Source: Kiritimatiella glycovorans (GTDB lineage: Bacteria; Verrucomicrobiota; Kiritimatiellia; Kiritimatiellales; Kiritimatiellaceae). From it: a stretch of 32,000 nucleotides of DNA. The stretch is taken from contig NZ_CP010904.1 of NCBI RefSeq assembly GCF_001017655.1, forward strand, positions 1,020,001-1,052,000, read 5' to 3'. The translations under genes and the position numbers were made by a program. Below the pieces are notes generated by a model. The model saw only the letters and a list, made by a program, of their open reading frames with translations. It made no database searches and was not told the origin of the DNA. Below, piece after piece: positions 1 through 11,504 of this stretch (position 1 is the first letter of the stretch; every line of letters begins with the position of its first letter).

Positions 1-2
1 GC

Positions 3-2930
3 ATGGATCGTCAGGTCAAGATTCGCGGCGTGCGCGTGGAACTGGGCGAGATTGAAAGTGTCATCCGGCGGCATCCGGGTGTGGATGATGCCGTTGTTCT
101 TTTGTGCGACGGGCTTCCGTATGGCTACATCACGGCGGCGGGGGATGCGGCGCCCGAGGATGCTGTGCTTCGCGCCTACCTCGTGGAGCATCTTCCGCGT
201 GTTCTGATCCCCGTGTCGTTTACGGCGCTGTCCGGCTTTCCCCGGACGCTGAGCGGGAAGGTGGACCGTAAGGCCCTGGAGCGCGGGGCGTTTGAGTCGG
301 TTGCGCAGGACGGTGCCGCAGAACGCGCGGGGCCGGCGCGAGCGGCGACAGAGGACGAGTTGCAGAGGCTGGATACGTGGAACCTCGAGGCGCAGCGGCC
401 CCGCGTGGAGGGAGAGACGGCGGACCGCCTGTTTGATATCGCATGCCTGATGTACCCGGACCGTGTGGCATTACGGCAGGAGGGACGCTCCCTGAGCTAT
501 CGTGAGCTGGGCCGCCTGGCGAACCGGATCGCGCTTCGGTTGCGCAGGGAGGGAATAGGGGCTGAGGATCCGGTACTGATCTGTGGACGGCGCTCCATCG
601 AAGCGCTCGTGGCTATGCTGGCGGTCGTGAAGGCCGGGGCGACGTATGTCCCGGTGGATGCCGGAGTACCGGAACGTCGCATGCGCGAGGCGTGCGGGGA
701 TTGCGGGGCGAGGGCCGTGTTCTGCCCGGAGGCGATCCGGAATGTTTTTGATGCGTGCGCGCTGTGGCTCGATCTGGACGATCCGGAAGGCGAGGGCCGC
801 GGGGAAGGTTCTCATCCGCCGGAGGTGAAGCCGGATGATCGTCGCCGCGCGTACATCATCTACACCTCCGGGTCAACCGGTCGTCCCAAGGGAGTCGAAA
901 TCGAACACCGCTCGCTCGTCAACCTCATCCGTTTTTACGTGGAGCGGCTTGAACTCACGGAAAAGGACCGGAGCACCATGCTGGCGAGCATCGCCTTCGA
1001 TGCCTCGGTTGCCGACGGGTGGCCATACCTGTGCTGCGGGGCGTCGGTGTACATTCCGCCCGACGAAAAGCTCCTCGATCCTCCCGCGCTCTTCCGGTGG
1101 ATCGGAGAGGAGGGGATCACGGTGTCCTTCGTGCCGACGGCGCTCGCGGAACGGCTTCTCGAATCGGATCTGTCACCGAAGACCTCGCTGCGGTATCTGC
1201 TGACGGGAGGCGACCGGCTTCGCGTCCGGCCCGCGGCGGGGTTGTCATTCGGGGTGATCAACACCTACGGCCCGACCGAGAACACGGTCGACAGCACGTG
1301 GGATGTCGTCCGCCCCGGCGGAGAAGAGGAGGGTCCGCCTCCGATCGGTCGTCCGATAGCCAATGTAGGGGTCTATGTGCTCGACCCGGACGGCGTGAGA
1401 GTCGCCCCCGGGGAAGAGGGTGAACTGGTGCTGGGGGGGCGGAACGTCGCGCGCGGCTACCTCGGGCGTGGAGACCTTACCCGTGAACGTTTTCCGGTCG
1501 ATCCGTTCTCCGGGGATGGGGCGCGGATGTACCGGACGGGCGACCGGGTACGGTTCCGGGACGACGGGCGACTCGATTTCCTCGGGCGCAAAGATGATCA
1601 GGTGCAGATCCGGGGCCATCGTGTAGAGCCGGGCGAGGTCGAGCATCTCCTGCGCGAAACCTCGGGAGTACGGGACGCTGCGGTGCGCCCGATGGAGGAG
1701 GACGGCGCGGTAACCGCGCTGGCGGCGTGGGTGGTGCCGGAACGACCCGGGGCCGCGGAAACCCTGACGGCGGCGCGTGAGGCGGCTCGTGCAGAACTTC
1801 CGGCCTACATGGTTCCCGCGGCCTGGGCGATGCTGGATGAACTGCCTCGGAACGCCTCGGGTAAAGTCGACCGTGAGGCGCTGCCCGCGCCGAACGTGTT
1901 CGAATCGGCGGGGGCGGGAGAGGTTCCGGCGACAGAGCGGGAACGCGAGCTGGCCGCGGTGTGGGAGGAAGTACTCGATGTGGGCCGCATCGGACGCGAC
2001 GACAATTTTTTTGATCTGGGCGGCCATTCGCTGATGGTGCTCAATCTCGTCTCGCGCGTGAAAGACGTGCTGGGGGTCCCGCTTTCCGTCGCCGCCGTGC
2101 TGCAGCGTCCCACCCTGCGCCGCATGGCGGAGGCGCTCGAAGATACCCCGGGCGGCGTCGGGCCGGGATCTTCTGCAAGGGTTCCCGTGCGCGAGGAGGG
2201 CAAAGATGAGCCCGTCTTCTGCGTGCCCGGTGCGGGGGGAGGGGTGAACCGGTTTCGCGGCATGGTCGAGCACTTGAAGCCGGGGCGGCCGTTTTACGGT
2301 CTGGAACCGCTGGGGCTGTCGCGCGCGTTGAATGAAGGGCCCATTGAGGATGTGGCAGAGGCGTTTCTGGACCTCGTGCGCGAGGTTCAGCCGCACGGGC
2401 CGTATTTTCTGGGAGGGTTCTCCTACGGCGGGCATGTCGCCTACACGATGGCACAACGGCTTCGGCGCGAGGGCGAGGAGGTCGCCCTGCTGTTTCTGAT
2501 CGAGGCCTACGGACCCGATGTTCGCTGCGGTCCTGCGGTGCGCGCCCTGAGGTATGCCGGCAATGTACTGCGACTCAAGCCGGCGGACAAGGTGCGTTAC
2601 GTAAAGGACAAAATTCGCTGGTTCCGGATGCTCATCAGAAACTGGTGGCACGTGAGCCGCCGGAGCCGGGATGAGGCCGACGAACTTTCGAGCATCCTGC
2701 GTGCGCATATGGAGGCCGCCGCGTGCTACGACCCGGAGCCGTACGATGGGCGGATGGTGCTGCTGCGTGCCGAGAGGCCGCCGAACAGTGCGCCGCTGCG
2801 CAGAGATGCGGGTTGGAAACGCATGGTCCGGGGCGGGATGGACGTGCACTTCGTCCCCGGCGATCATTACACCATCTTCGATGAAGGCCATCACGAGGCG
2901 ATGGCCGAGACGATCGGCCGCTACCTCTGA
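3..2930 (+). CDS. Non-ribosomal peptide synthetase, C-terminal part (5' end cut by window edge): A-domain tail / complete A domain / PCP / thioesterase
   Basis: The translation opens with A8-A10-like motifs ([13 protein letters not shown] ... SGKVDRKAL). A complete adenylation domain follows ([59 protein letters not shown]). Then come the carrier motif [11 protein letters not shown] and a C-terminal alpha/beta-hydrolase with GFSYGG (GxSxG). Stop at 2928-2930. Confidence 0.9.
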   Translation: MDRQVKIRGVRVELGEIESVIRRHPGVDDAVVLLCDGLPYGYITAAGDAAPEDAVLRAYLVEHLPRVLIPVSFTALSGFPRTLSGKVDRKALERGAFESVAQDGAAERAGPARAATEDELQRLDTWNLEAQRPRVEGETADRLFDIACLMYPDRVALRQEGRSLSYRELGRLANRIALRLRREGIGAEDPVLICGRRSIEALVAMLAVVKAGATYVPVDAGVPERRMREACGDCGARAVFCPEAIRNVFDACALWLDLDDPEGEGRGEGSHPPEVKPDDRRRAYIIYTSGSTGRPKGVEIEHRSLVNLIRFYVERLELTEKDRSTMLASIAFDASVADGWPYLCCGASVYIPPDEKLLDPPALFRWIGEEGITVSFVPTALAERLLESDLSPKTSLRYLLTGGDRLRVRPAAGLSFGVINTYGPTENTVDSTWDVVRPGGEEEGPPPIGRPIANVGVYVLDPDGVRVAPGEEGELVLGGRNVARGYLGRGDLTRERFPVDPFSGDGARMYRTGDRVRFRDDGRLDFLGRKDDQVQIRGHRVEPGEVEHLLRETSGVRDAAVRPMEEDGAVTALAAWVVPERPGAAETLTAAREAARAELPAYMVPAAWAMLDELPRNASGKVDREALPAPNVFESAGAGEVPATERERELAAVWEEVLDVGRIGRDDNFFDLGGHSLMVLNLVSRVKDVLGVPLSVAAVLQRPTLRRMAEALEDTPGGVGPGSSARVPVREEGKDEPVFCVPGAGGGVNRFRGMVEHLKPGRPFYGLEPLGLSRALNEGPIEDVAEAFLDLVREVQPHGPYFLGGFSYGGHVAYTMAQRLRREGEEVALLFLIEAYGPDVRCGPAVRALRYAGNVLRLKPADKVRYVKDKIRWFRMLIRNWWHVSRRSRDEADELSSILRAHMEAAACYDPEPYDGRMVLLRAERPPNSAPLRRDAGWKRMVRGGMDVHFVPGDHYTIFDEGHHEAMAETIGRYL

Positions 2931-5900
2931 GGTGCGTCCCGCACCTCGGTTTCTCCCTCTTCATGGTAGTCCTGCAGCGCGCGGACGGACCAGTCGCCTT
3001 CCCGCACGGTCCGGATCGCGGCGATCGTCGCGCGGGCGCCGGATTCGGTGGTGATGATCGGAAGATTGCGCAGCACCGCTTCGGAGCGGATGCGGATCTC
3101 GTCCATGCGCGAGACCGGGCCGCTGGGCGTATTGATCAGCAGGTGCACCTTGTCCTCGCGCATCAGGTCGGCGATGTTCGGTTTGCGTCCGCTCGCGAGT
3201 TTATAGGTCTCGGTCACTTCGAGCCCGTATTCGCGGAGCACCGAGGCAGTCCCTTCCGTGGCGAAGATCGAAAAGCCCAGTTCGCTCAGCTCGCGACCGA
3301 TCTCGCACACCCAGTCCTTGTCCCGGTCCTTGGCGCTGAGAAACACGGCGCCGCCGGTCGGGAGCTGCTGGCCGGCGGCGATCTCCGCCTTCCAGTAGGC
3401 CGTCTCGAAGTCGCGGTCGATGCCCATGACCTCGCCGGTCGACTTCATTTCCGGTCCGAGGATGGGATCGACCCCCGCAAACCGGTTGAAGGGGAAGACC
3501 GCTTCCTTGACGGCATACCATTTGGGCGCCGGCGCCCGCTTCGCGAGCCCCAGTTCCTTGAGCGAGCGGCCCAGCGAGACCTGGGTGGCGATATTGGCCA
3601 GCGGGACGCCGGTTGCCTTGCTGACGTACGGCACCGTCCTCGACGCGCGCGGATTGACTTCGAGCACGTAGAAGTCGTCGTCTTTCACGGCGATCTGGGT
3701 GTTCATCAGGCCTACGACATTCAGTTCGATCGCCATGCGTGCACAGGCGTCCTCGATGTTCGCGATCATCTCCGGCTTGAGCGTGTTGGGAGGGATGGTG
3801 CAGGCGCTGTCGCCCGAATGCACCCCGGCCTCCTCGACGTGCTCCATCAGTCCGCCGATGTAGACCGACGACCCGTCGCAGACGAGGTCGACGTCCACTT
3901 CGATCGCGTTTTCAAGGAAGCGATCGATCAGCACGGGGTGGCCCGCGCTGGCATTGAACGCGGCGTAGGTGAAGGTGACGAAGTCCTGTTCGTCGTAGGC
4001 GATCATCATGGCGCGCCCGCCCAGCACGTAGGAGGGACGGATCATCACCGGGAAGCCGATCTCGTGGGCGAGGGCCAGGGCCTCGTCCATGGTGGTCGCC
4101 GTGCCGCTGGCCGGCTGTTTGAGCCCGGTGCGGTTGAGCAGGTCGCGGAACTGGGCGCGGTCCTCCGCCGCGGCGATGCTTTCCGGCGAGGTGCCGAGGA
4201 TCGGCACGCCCGCGCGGAGCAGGTCGAGGGCGATATTCAACGGCGTCTGGCCGCCCATCTGTATGATCAGCCCGAGCGGGCGTTCATTCTCGTAGATGTT
4301 CATCACGTCCTCGAACGTCAGCGGCTCGAAATAGAGTTTGTCCGAGGTGTCGTAGTCGGTGGAGACCGTCTCCGGGTTGCTGTTCACCATGATGGCCTCG
4401 TAGCCCATCTCCCGCAGTGCGTTGACCGTGTGCACGCAGCTGTAATCGAATTCGATCCCCTGACCGATCCGGTTCGGGCCGCTGCCGAGCACGATCACGC
4501 TCTCGCGGTCCGTTCGGCGGGTCTCGTCGAGCGTGCCGTCGCAGGTCGAGTAAAAGTAGGGGGTGTAGGCCTCGAATTCGCCCGCACAGGTATCGACGAG
4601 ATGATAGACGGGCTTCAGGCCGGCGTTCTTGCGTTTCTCGCGGAACGCCCAGCGGTCTTCGCCGCGCAGCGCGGCGATCTGGTCGTCGGAGAACCCGATC
4701 CGTTTCGCCTCGGAGAGCAGGGCGGGATCGAGTTCGCGGCCTTTCGGGACCTCGATCAGCGCATGCTCCATCTCTACGATCTGGGCGATATTATCGATGA
4801 ACCACGGGTCGAGGTGTGTCATTTCCGCGATCTTCTCGATTGAATAGCCGTCCTTGAGCGCGCACTTGATCGCGATGCAGCGTTCGGTGCGGGTGTTCAG
4901 GAGATACTCGTCGAGCCGCTCGCGCGGCACCCGCGACTCCGCTTTGAGGTCGAGTCCGTCGACGCCGATCTCCAGGGACCGGAAGGCTTTCTGGAGCGAT
5001 TCCTTGAAGTTGCGGCCGATCGCCATGGTCTCGCCGACCGACTTCATGCTGACGCCGAGATCCGTCTCCGCGCCGGGGAACTTCTCGAAGGCGAAGCGCG
5101 GAAGCTTGACCACGCAGTAATCGATCGACGGCTCGAAACAGGCGGGCGTCTCGCGGGTGATGTCGTTAGGCAGTTCATCGAGTGTGTAGCCGACCGCCAG
5201 TTTGGCCGCCAGCTTGGCGATCGGAAAACCGGTGGCCTTGGAGGCGAGGGCGGAGGACCGCGAGACGCGCGGGTTCATCTCAATGACCGCGAGACGCCCC
5301 GTTTCAGGGTGGATACAGAACTGGACGTTGGATCCCCCCGTTTCCACGCCGATCACGCGCATGATCCGCAGCGAGGCGTCGCGCATGACCTGGTACTCGC
5401 GGTCGGTCAGCGTCTGGGCGGGGGCCACGGTGATGCTGTCGCCGGTATGCACGCCCATCGGATCCATGTTCTCGATCGAGCAGATGATCACGCAGTTGTC
5501 CTTGTGATCGCGCATCACTTCCATCTCGAATTCTTTCCAGCCGAAGACCGACTCCTCGATGAGCACCTCGCTGCTGAGGCTGGCCTTGAGGCCGTTTTCG
5601 ACGATCCGGTTGAACTGTTCCCAGTCGTGGGCGATGCCGCCGCCGGTGCCGCCGAGCGTATAGCTGGGGCGCACGATGATCGGGAACCCGAGCTCATGCT
5701 CCGCGAGGCGCTGCGCCTCCTCCAGCGAGTGGACGTGGAAACTCTTCAGGCACTCGATTCCCGCCTCCTCCATGGCGGCCTTGAACAATTCGCGCTCTTC
5801 ACCGCGTTCGATGGCGTCGGGATTGGCGCCGATCATCTCCACCCCGTATTTATCGAGGACGCCGCTTTTGAACAGCGTCATGGAGATGTTCAGTCCCGTC

Positions 5901-6178
5901 TGGCCGCCGAGGGTGGGGAGGATCGCATCGGGCCGTTCCCGTTCGATGATTTTCTCCACCGCCTCGGGGGTGAGCGGCTCGACATAGGTCCGGTCCGCCG
6001 TCTGCGGGTCGGTCATGATCGTCGCCGGATTGCTGTTGATCAGCGTGACCTTATAGCCCTCCTCCTTGAGGGCCTTGCAGGCCTGGGTGCCGGAATAGTC
6101 GAACTCGCAGGCCTGACCGATGATGATCGGCCCGGACCCGATGATGAGGATGTGGGAAAGGTCAGTGCGTTTGGGCAT
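2921..6178 (-). CDS. carB: Carbamoyl-phosphate synthase large subunit
   Basis: 1085 aa. The N-terminus [42 protein letters not shown] is a textbook CarB start. It has two ATP-grasp halves (second [22 protein letters not shown]) and an MGS-like C-terminus. Confidence 0.97.
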   Translation of the reverse strand: MPKRTDLSHILIIGSGPIIIGQACEFDYSGTQACKALKEEGYKVTLINSNPATIMTDPQTADRTYVEPLTPEAVEKIIERERPDAILPTLGGQTGLNISMTLFKSGVLDKYGVEMIGANPDAIERGEERELFKAAMEEAGIECLKSFHVHSLEEAQRLAEHELGFPIIVRPSYTLGGTGGGIAHDWEQFNRIVENGLKASLSSEVLIEESVFGWKEFEMEVMRDHKDNCVIICSIENMDPMGVHTGDSITVAPAQTLTDREYQVMRDASLRIMRVIGVETGGSNVQFCIHPETGRLAVIEMNPRVSRSSALASKATGFPIAKLAAKLAVGYTLDELPNDITRETPACFEPSIDYCVVKLPRFAFEKFPGAETDLGVSMKSVGETMAIGRNFKESLQKAFRSLEIGVDGLDLKAESRVPRERLDEYLLNTRTERCIAIKCALKDGYSIEKIAEMTHLDPWFIDNIAQIVEMEHALIEVPKGRELDPALLSEAKRIGFSDDQIAALRGEDRWAFREKRKNAGLKPVYHLVDTCAGEFEAYTPYFYSTCDGTLDETRRTDRESVIVLGSGPNRIGQGIEFDYSCVHTVNALREMGYEAIMVNSNPETVSTDYDTSDKLYFEPLTFEDVMNIYENERPLGLIIQMGGQTPLNIALDLLRAGVPILGTSPESIAAAEDRAQFRDLLNRTGLKQPASGTATTMDEALALAHEIGFPVMIRPSYVLGGRAMMIAYDEQDFVTFTYAAFNASAGHPVLIDRFLENAIEVDVDLVCDGSSVYIGGLMEHVEEAGVHSGDSACTIPPNTLKPEMIANIEDACARMAIELNVVGLMNTQIAVKDDDFYVLEVNPRASRTVPYVSKATGVPLANIATQVSLGRSLKELGLAKRAPAPKWYAVKEAVFPFNRFAGVDPILGPEMKSTGEVMGIDRDFETAYWKAEIAAGQQLPTGGAVFLSAKDRDKDWVCEIGRELSELGFSIFATEGTASVLREYGLEVTETYKLASGRKPNIADLMREDKVHLLINTPSGPVSRMDEIRIRSEAVLRNLPIITTESGARATIAAIRTVREGDWSVRALQDYHEEGETEVRDAPQR

Positions 6179-6200
6179 AGGAACTCCAATTAGTTTGAGT

Positions 6201-6420
6201 TAGAAACCTGAAACCTGAGACCTGAGTAAGAGGGGGATAGGGATTGAGTGGGAAACCTGAAACCTGAGACCTGAGTAAGAGGGGGATAGGGATTGAGTGG
6301 GAAACCTGAAACCTGAGACCTGAGTAAGAGTGGGGATAGGGATTGAGTGGGAAACCTGAAACCTGAGACCTGAGTAAGTGGAGATTGAGTGGGAAACCTG
6401 AGACCTGAATCCCGTGCGGG
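6201..6420. repeat. Tandem repeat array, about 4.5 units (49/49/50/42/30 bp) of GGGAAACCTGAAACCTGAGACCTGAGTAAG-AGGGGGATAGGGATTGAGT
   Basis: Read directly: units start at 6201, 6250, 6299, 6349 and 6391 (last one partial). Each has an internal 7-nt periodicity (GAAACCT GAAACCT GAGACCT GAGTAAG). The track ORF 6190..6456 is just this repeat translated. Confidence 0.95.
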
Positions 6421-6452
6421 CTTACTGAGTAAAGAAGACTGAACTTGGGGGG

Positions 6453-6800
6453 TCATGTTTTTCCGCCTTTGGCGTTTTTTGACATCGTGACAAATATTGA
6501 AATCAATTCGTTAAGCTCTTCTTCGATGGGGTGGCAGCGGTCTTCCGATATTCCGCACCCGCGCACGAGCAATTCAATCCAGAGCAGTGACTCGTCGGCT
6601 TCCTGAGTGCAGATCTCAATTTTTGAAATAAATTCAGCTTTGGTTCTGGCTCGCGAGGCCTCCCTGTAATTCGCCGCTATGGATGTTCCGGAACGAAGAA
6701 TCTGTTTCCCGGCCACCTGAATATCGTATCTTGAAGATCGAGACAAAGAGAGATACAGCCTGATAACATGTACGGCGAGGTTCGTCGTTCGCGTGCGCAT
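6453..6800 (-). CDS. Four-helix-bundle protein, 23S rRNA intervening-sequence protein family (Avd-like fold family)
   Basis: QILRSGTSIAANYREASRARTKAEFISKIEICTQEADESLLWIELL matches my recollection of the hallmark helix 2-3 pattern of the PF05635/TIGR02436-type family. ATG at 6800; an upstream in-frame GTG at 6821 is the track start. The gene is clearly AT-richer than its neighbours. Confidence 0.8.
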   Translation of the reverse strand: MRTRTTNLAVHVIRLYLSLSRSSRYDIQVAGKQILRSGTSIAANYREASRARTKAEFISKIEICTQEADESLLWIELLVRGCGISEDRCHPIEEELNELISIFVTMSKNAKGGKT

Positions 6801-6921
6801 CGTGCTTTTTGCGGCTCCCACATTCGTCTCCAGTGTGAATGGCGGAGACCCGCATCCCGCGCGGCTCCCATTGAACCCGCGTTAGGTTTTTTTTATACCT
6901 CCGTGTACAATCGTTATAATT

Positions 6922-7050
6922 CTTACTCAGGTTTCAGGTCTCAGGTTTCAGGTTTCCCACTCAAGCTTTCTTACTCAGGTTTCAGGTCTCAGGTTTCAGG
7001 TTTCCCACTCAAGCTCTCTTACTCAGGTTTCAGGTCTCAGGTTTCCCACT
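6922..7050. repeat. Tandem repeat array, about 3 units (48/48/33 bp) of CTTACTCAGGTTTCAGGTCTCAGGTTTCAGGTTTCCCACTCAAGCT; inverted partner of the 6201-6420 array
   Basis: Read directly: units start at 6922, 6970 and 7018. The core is the reverse complement of the left-array core plus one extra GTTTCAG heptamer. A C10 run (7055-7064) and the guaA stop follow. Confidence 0.95.
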
Positions 7051-7064
7051 CCCTCCCCCCCCCC

Positions 7065-8636
<1,572 letters not shown>

Positions 8637-8663
8637 GAGGCGGGCTCCTTGAATTAGGTGATC

Positions 8664-9758
8664 TCAACCGTCGTGGCTGCGCATCAGTTCCGTGAATTCT
8701 TTGAACAGGTAAAAAGAGTCGTTCGGCCCGGGGCAGGCCTCCGGGTGATACTGCACGCTGAAGAGCGGCTTCTCACGGTGCCGCAGGCCTGCGCAGGTCC
8801 GGTCGTTCAGGTTTACATGCGTGACCTCGATCTCTTCGGGCAGACCCTCGCCCCTGACGCAGAAACCGTGATTGTGACTGGCGATCTCGACCTTGTGCGT
8901 GCGGTGATCGAGGATCGGCTGGTTCGCGCCGCGGTGGCCGAACTTGAGCTTGTAGGTCTCCGCGCCGAGCGCCAGCGCGATCATCTGGTGTCCGAAGCAG
9001 ATTCCGAACAACGGCCGGCCGGAGTCGATCAGCTTGCGCACTTCCGCGGCCACATCCTCCGCGCCCTCGGGATCGCCGGGGCCGTTGGAGATAAAAATCC
9101 CGTCCGGATGCTCCGCGAGGATCGCTTCGGCCGGCGTGGTGCAGGGGAAGACGCGACACTCACAGCCGAGCTGCTGCATGAGCCGGAGCTGGTTGGTCTT
9201 GATCCCGCAGTCGACGACCGCGACCTTGAACTCCGCGCCGGGCATGCCGCCCTCGGGCCACGTGTACGGCGCTTCGGCGGTGACTTCCCGGATCAGGTTG
9301 CGCCCCACGAGGGAAGGGGCGTTACGGGCTTTTTCGACCAGGCTCTCCGGATTCAGATCGCCGGTGGATATGACACAGCGCATGGCGCCCTTGTCCCGGA
9401 TATGCAGGGTGATGGCCCGTGTGTCCACGCGCTCAATTCCCATGACGCCGTTCTGTTCGAGATATTCCGGAAGACTCCACCGGCTCCGCCAGCTGCTGGG
9501 GATCCGGCTGCACTCGCCGACCACGAGACCGGCGGCGAAAATGCGGCGCGATTCGACGTCCTCGGGGTTCACGCCGTAATTGCCGATCAGCGGGTAGGTC
9601 ATAGTGACGATCTGGCCGTAGTAAGAGGGATCGGTCAGGATCTCCTGGTATCCGCTCATGGCGGTGTTGAAAACCAGTTCGCCCGAGGTTTCCCCCTCTC
9701 CGGCAAAGGAACGGCCCCTGAAGAAGGTTCCGTCTTCGAGTGCGATCAGTGCGTCCAC
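8664..9758 (-). CDS. carA: Carbamoyl-phosphate synthase small (glutaminase) subunit
   Basis: Typical CarA sequence (LIALEDGTFFRG, VFNTAMSGYQEILTDPSYYGQIV, GICFGHQ). I prefer the GTG at 9758 (M-DALIALEDG..., GAGG 7 nt upstream) over the track ATG at 9842, which sits inside the T-tract of the upstream terminator. The 5' end is uncertain. Confidence 0.9.
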   Translation of the reverse strand: MDALIALEDGTFFRGRSFAGEGETSGELVFNTAMSGYQEILTDPSYYGQIVTMTYPLIGNYGVNPEDVESRRIFAAGLVVGECSRIPSSWRSRWSLPEYLEQNGVMGIERVDTRAITLHIRDKGAMRCVISTGDLNPESLVEKARNAPSLVGRNLIREVTAEAPYTWPEGGMPGAEFKVAVVDCGIKTNQLRLMQQLGCECRVFPCTTPAEAILAEHPDGIFISNGPGDPEGAEDVAAEVRKLIDSGRPLFGICFGHQMIALALGAETYKLKFGHRGANQPILDHRTHKVEIASHNHGFCVRGEGLPEEIEVTHVNLNDRTCAGLRHREKPLFSVQYHPEACPGPNDSFYLFKEFTELMRSHDG

Positions 9759-9840
9759 AGCGGTACCTCGCGTGTTGATCGTGTTGATGATATTCGGAGC
9801 ATGTTCTTTACGCGGCGGGGGGGATGCAAACACTTTCCAC

Positions 9841-9876
9841 ATAAAAACCGCCGCCCGGCCTGACGGCGGGCGGCGG
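9841..9876 (-). terminator. Rho-independent terminator downstream of the PPIase gene
   Basis: 10-bp GC stem CCGCCGCCCG (9848-9857) / CGGGCGGCGG (9867-9876) with a 9-nt loop. On the minus strand it is followed by TTTTTAT (9847-9841). Confidence 0.75.
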
Positions 9877-9902
9877 TTTCGATCCGTACCGGTTCAGCGG
9901 GC

Positions 9903-11018
9903 TTATCCCTGGGAACCGGAAGCCGTCTGCGGCCTGATGACCGCCGGGGCCTCTTCGGTGAAGGAGACCTCGGCTTTGTCGCGCAGGCTCTGCAGGTATT
10001 CCTGAACCGATCCCTGCTTGCGCTGAGCCTCCAGGTGGCGGCGGATGTCCTCCTTCGCCTCATCGAATCCGGCCTTGGACGCCTCTTCCTTACCGGTCAC
10101 CTTGATGATGTGATATCCGTACTTCGTTTCCACGACCTCGCCGATTTCGCCGATCTCCTGCGAGAAGGCGGCCTCCGAAAAAGCGGGCACCATCTGTTCC
10201 TTCGCGAACGATCCCAGGCTGCCGCCTTCTTTGCCGCTCGGACAGGTCGAGTACTTTTCGGCCATTTCGGCGAAGTCCGCGCCGGCGTCGAGCTTGGCCT
10301 TGACCTTCTCGGCCTCGGCTCGCTTTGTGGCCTGTTCTTCTTCGGTGGCGTTGGTTTCGGTTCCGATCAGGATATGGCTGGCCTCCACCTTGGCCGGCTG
10401 TTCGAAGGACTGCGGGTTGGATTCGTAGAACTCCTTGAGATCTTCTTCGGTGACCGGTTCAACTTCACCGGTCTTTTCTTCCACCAGCTTCTGGACGCGG
10501 AGGTCGCGGCGGAGATCGGAGCGCAGGTCGTCCATGGTCATCCCGCGCTGGCCGATCATATCCTCCAGGCTCTGCCCTTCCGGCACGCGTTCGCGGATGC
10601 CCGCGATGGCGTCTTCGACGGCCTGATCTTCCACCTGGACGTTTTCTTCGTCAATAGTCTGGCGCAGGGCGGTCTGCACCACGATCTGTTCGCGGGCGCG
10701 CTGGTAGGCGCGCTGGAGAATCTGCGCGCGCTGTTCCTTGCCCATCTGCTGGGGGAGGCGGCTCATGAGAGGCTGGATCTGCTGCTGAAATGCGCCCCAC
10801 GCGACGTCTTCGCCGTTTACTTTCATCACCGTCCGGTCGGGCGAAAGCTGGGCGGCGGACGGCTGCATCGGCTGCTGATACAGGTTGGACATGTCGGAGA
10901 CGTCGGCGTCCTCTTCCGGAACACCCTGATCGTTGTCCCGTCCGCCGCAGCTCGCGACGAGCAGCATGATGGTGCAAAGGCTTCCGATGGTTTTGGCATT
11001 GAATCGCTGTCTGAGCAT
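9903..11018 (-). CDS. Peptidyl-prolyl cis-trans isomerase, parvulin (PpiC/SurA/PrsA-like) lipoprotein
   Basis: Signal peptide plus lipobox (IMLLVASCGG). Parvulin domain (ASHILI ... GGSLGSFAKEQMVPAFSEAAF ... TKYGYHIIKV). RBS GGAGAGG upstream of the ATG. Confidence 0.85.
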   Translation of the reverse strand: MLRQRFNAKTIGSLCTIMLLVASCGGRDNDQGVPEEDADVSDMSNLYQQPMQPSAAQLSPDRTVMKVNGEDVAWGAFQQQIQPLMSRLPQQMGKEQRAQILQRAYQRAREQIVVQTALRQTIDEENVQVEDQAVEDAIAGIRERVPEGQSLEDMIGQRGMTMDDLRSDLRRDLRVQKLVEEKTGEVEPVTEEDLKEFYESNPQSFEQPAKVEASHILIGTETNATEEEQATKRAEAEKVKAKLDAGADFAEMAEKYSTCPSGKEGGSLGSFAKEQMVPAFSEAAFSQEIGEIGEVVETKYGYHIIKVTGKEEASKAGFDEAKEDIRRHLEAQRKQGSVQEYLQSLRDKAEVSFTEEAPAVIRPQTASGSQG

Positions 11019-11171
11019 GGTTTTCTACCTCTCCGTTAGATGGGCCGTCGGCAGCGGAAAGTCGCCGCCCCTCAAATGTCGAACCGGCATCATCAGGGGA
11101 GGGATAGGGGGCTGTCAATGAATTCACCTTTTTTTTCGGGGTTTTTCAGCCGCGAAGGCCCTGGAGGGCGT

Positions 11172-11501
11172 ATGGATCATATGGATAACATGGAACACTT
11201 CCGGTGCCGCCGCTGCGGCCAATGCTGCCGACGCCGCGGCTACGTGTGGCTCGAAACGCACGATGTCGAACGCCTCGCGGAATTTCTCGGCATCGACACC
11301 GACACGTTCCTCGACCGGTTTACCCGCATCGCCGGCCGGGCACGCGATCTCAGCCTCATCGAAAACGACGACGGAAGCTGCGTGTTCCTGAAAAACGGAC
11401 GCTGCGAAGTCTACCAGGCCCGCCCACTCCAGTGCCGCACGTTCCCCTGGGCCTGGGGACAGGACGATCCCGAATGCCCCGGACTGGCGGAGTTGAGGTG
11501 A
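11172..11501 (+). CDS. YkgJ-family cysteine-cluster protein (UPF0153, putative Zn/Fe-binding)
   Basis: CRRCGQCC (CxxCxxCC) near the N-terminus, then CVFL...GRCEVYQARPLQCRTFP. GGAGG lies 4 nt before the ATG at 11172; the track start at 11040 looks over-extended. Confidence 0.7.
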   Translation: MDHMDNMEHFRCRRCGQCCRRRGYVWLETHDVERLAEFLGIDTDTFLDRFTRIAGRARDLSLIENDDGSCVFLKNGRCEVYQARPLQCRTFPWAWGQDDPECPGLAELR

Positions 11502-11504
11502 GGG

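Noticed and set aside
6453-6821. Diversity-generating retroelement (the four-helix-bundle protein is in the same fold family as Avd)
   Set aside because: There is no reverse transcriptase, no template/variable repeat pair with adenine-specific differences, and no target gene in or near the cassette.
6201-7050. CRISPR, or a protein-coding low-complexity repeat (track ORFs 6190..6456 - and the N-terminus of 6768..8633 +), for the 49-bp arrays
   Set aside because: The units are directly tandem without spacers. The translations (SGFRFPTQSLSP..., YSGFRSQVSGFPLKLS...) are mere repeat echoes, with no start or RBS context, and the ORFs run antisense or through guaA.
6180-7064. Conventional IS element or MITE with transposase
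   Set aside because: No transposase or integrase ORF is present. The ends are multi-copy tandem arrays rather than single terminal inverted repeats, and I could not define a clean target-site duplication.
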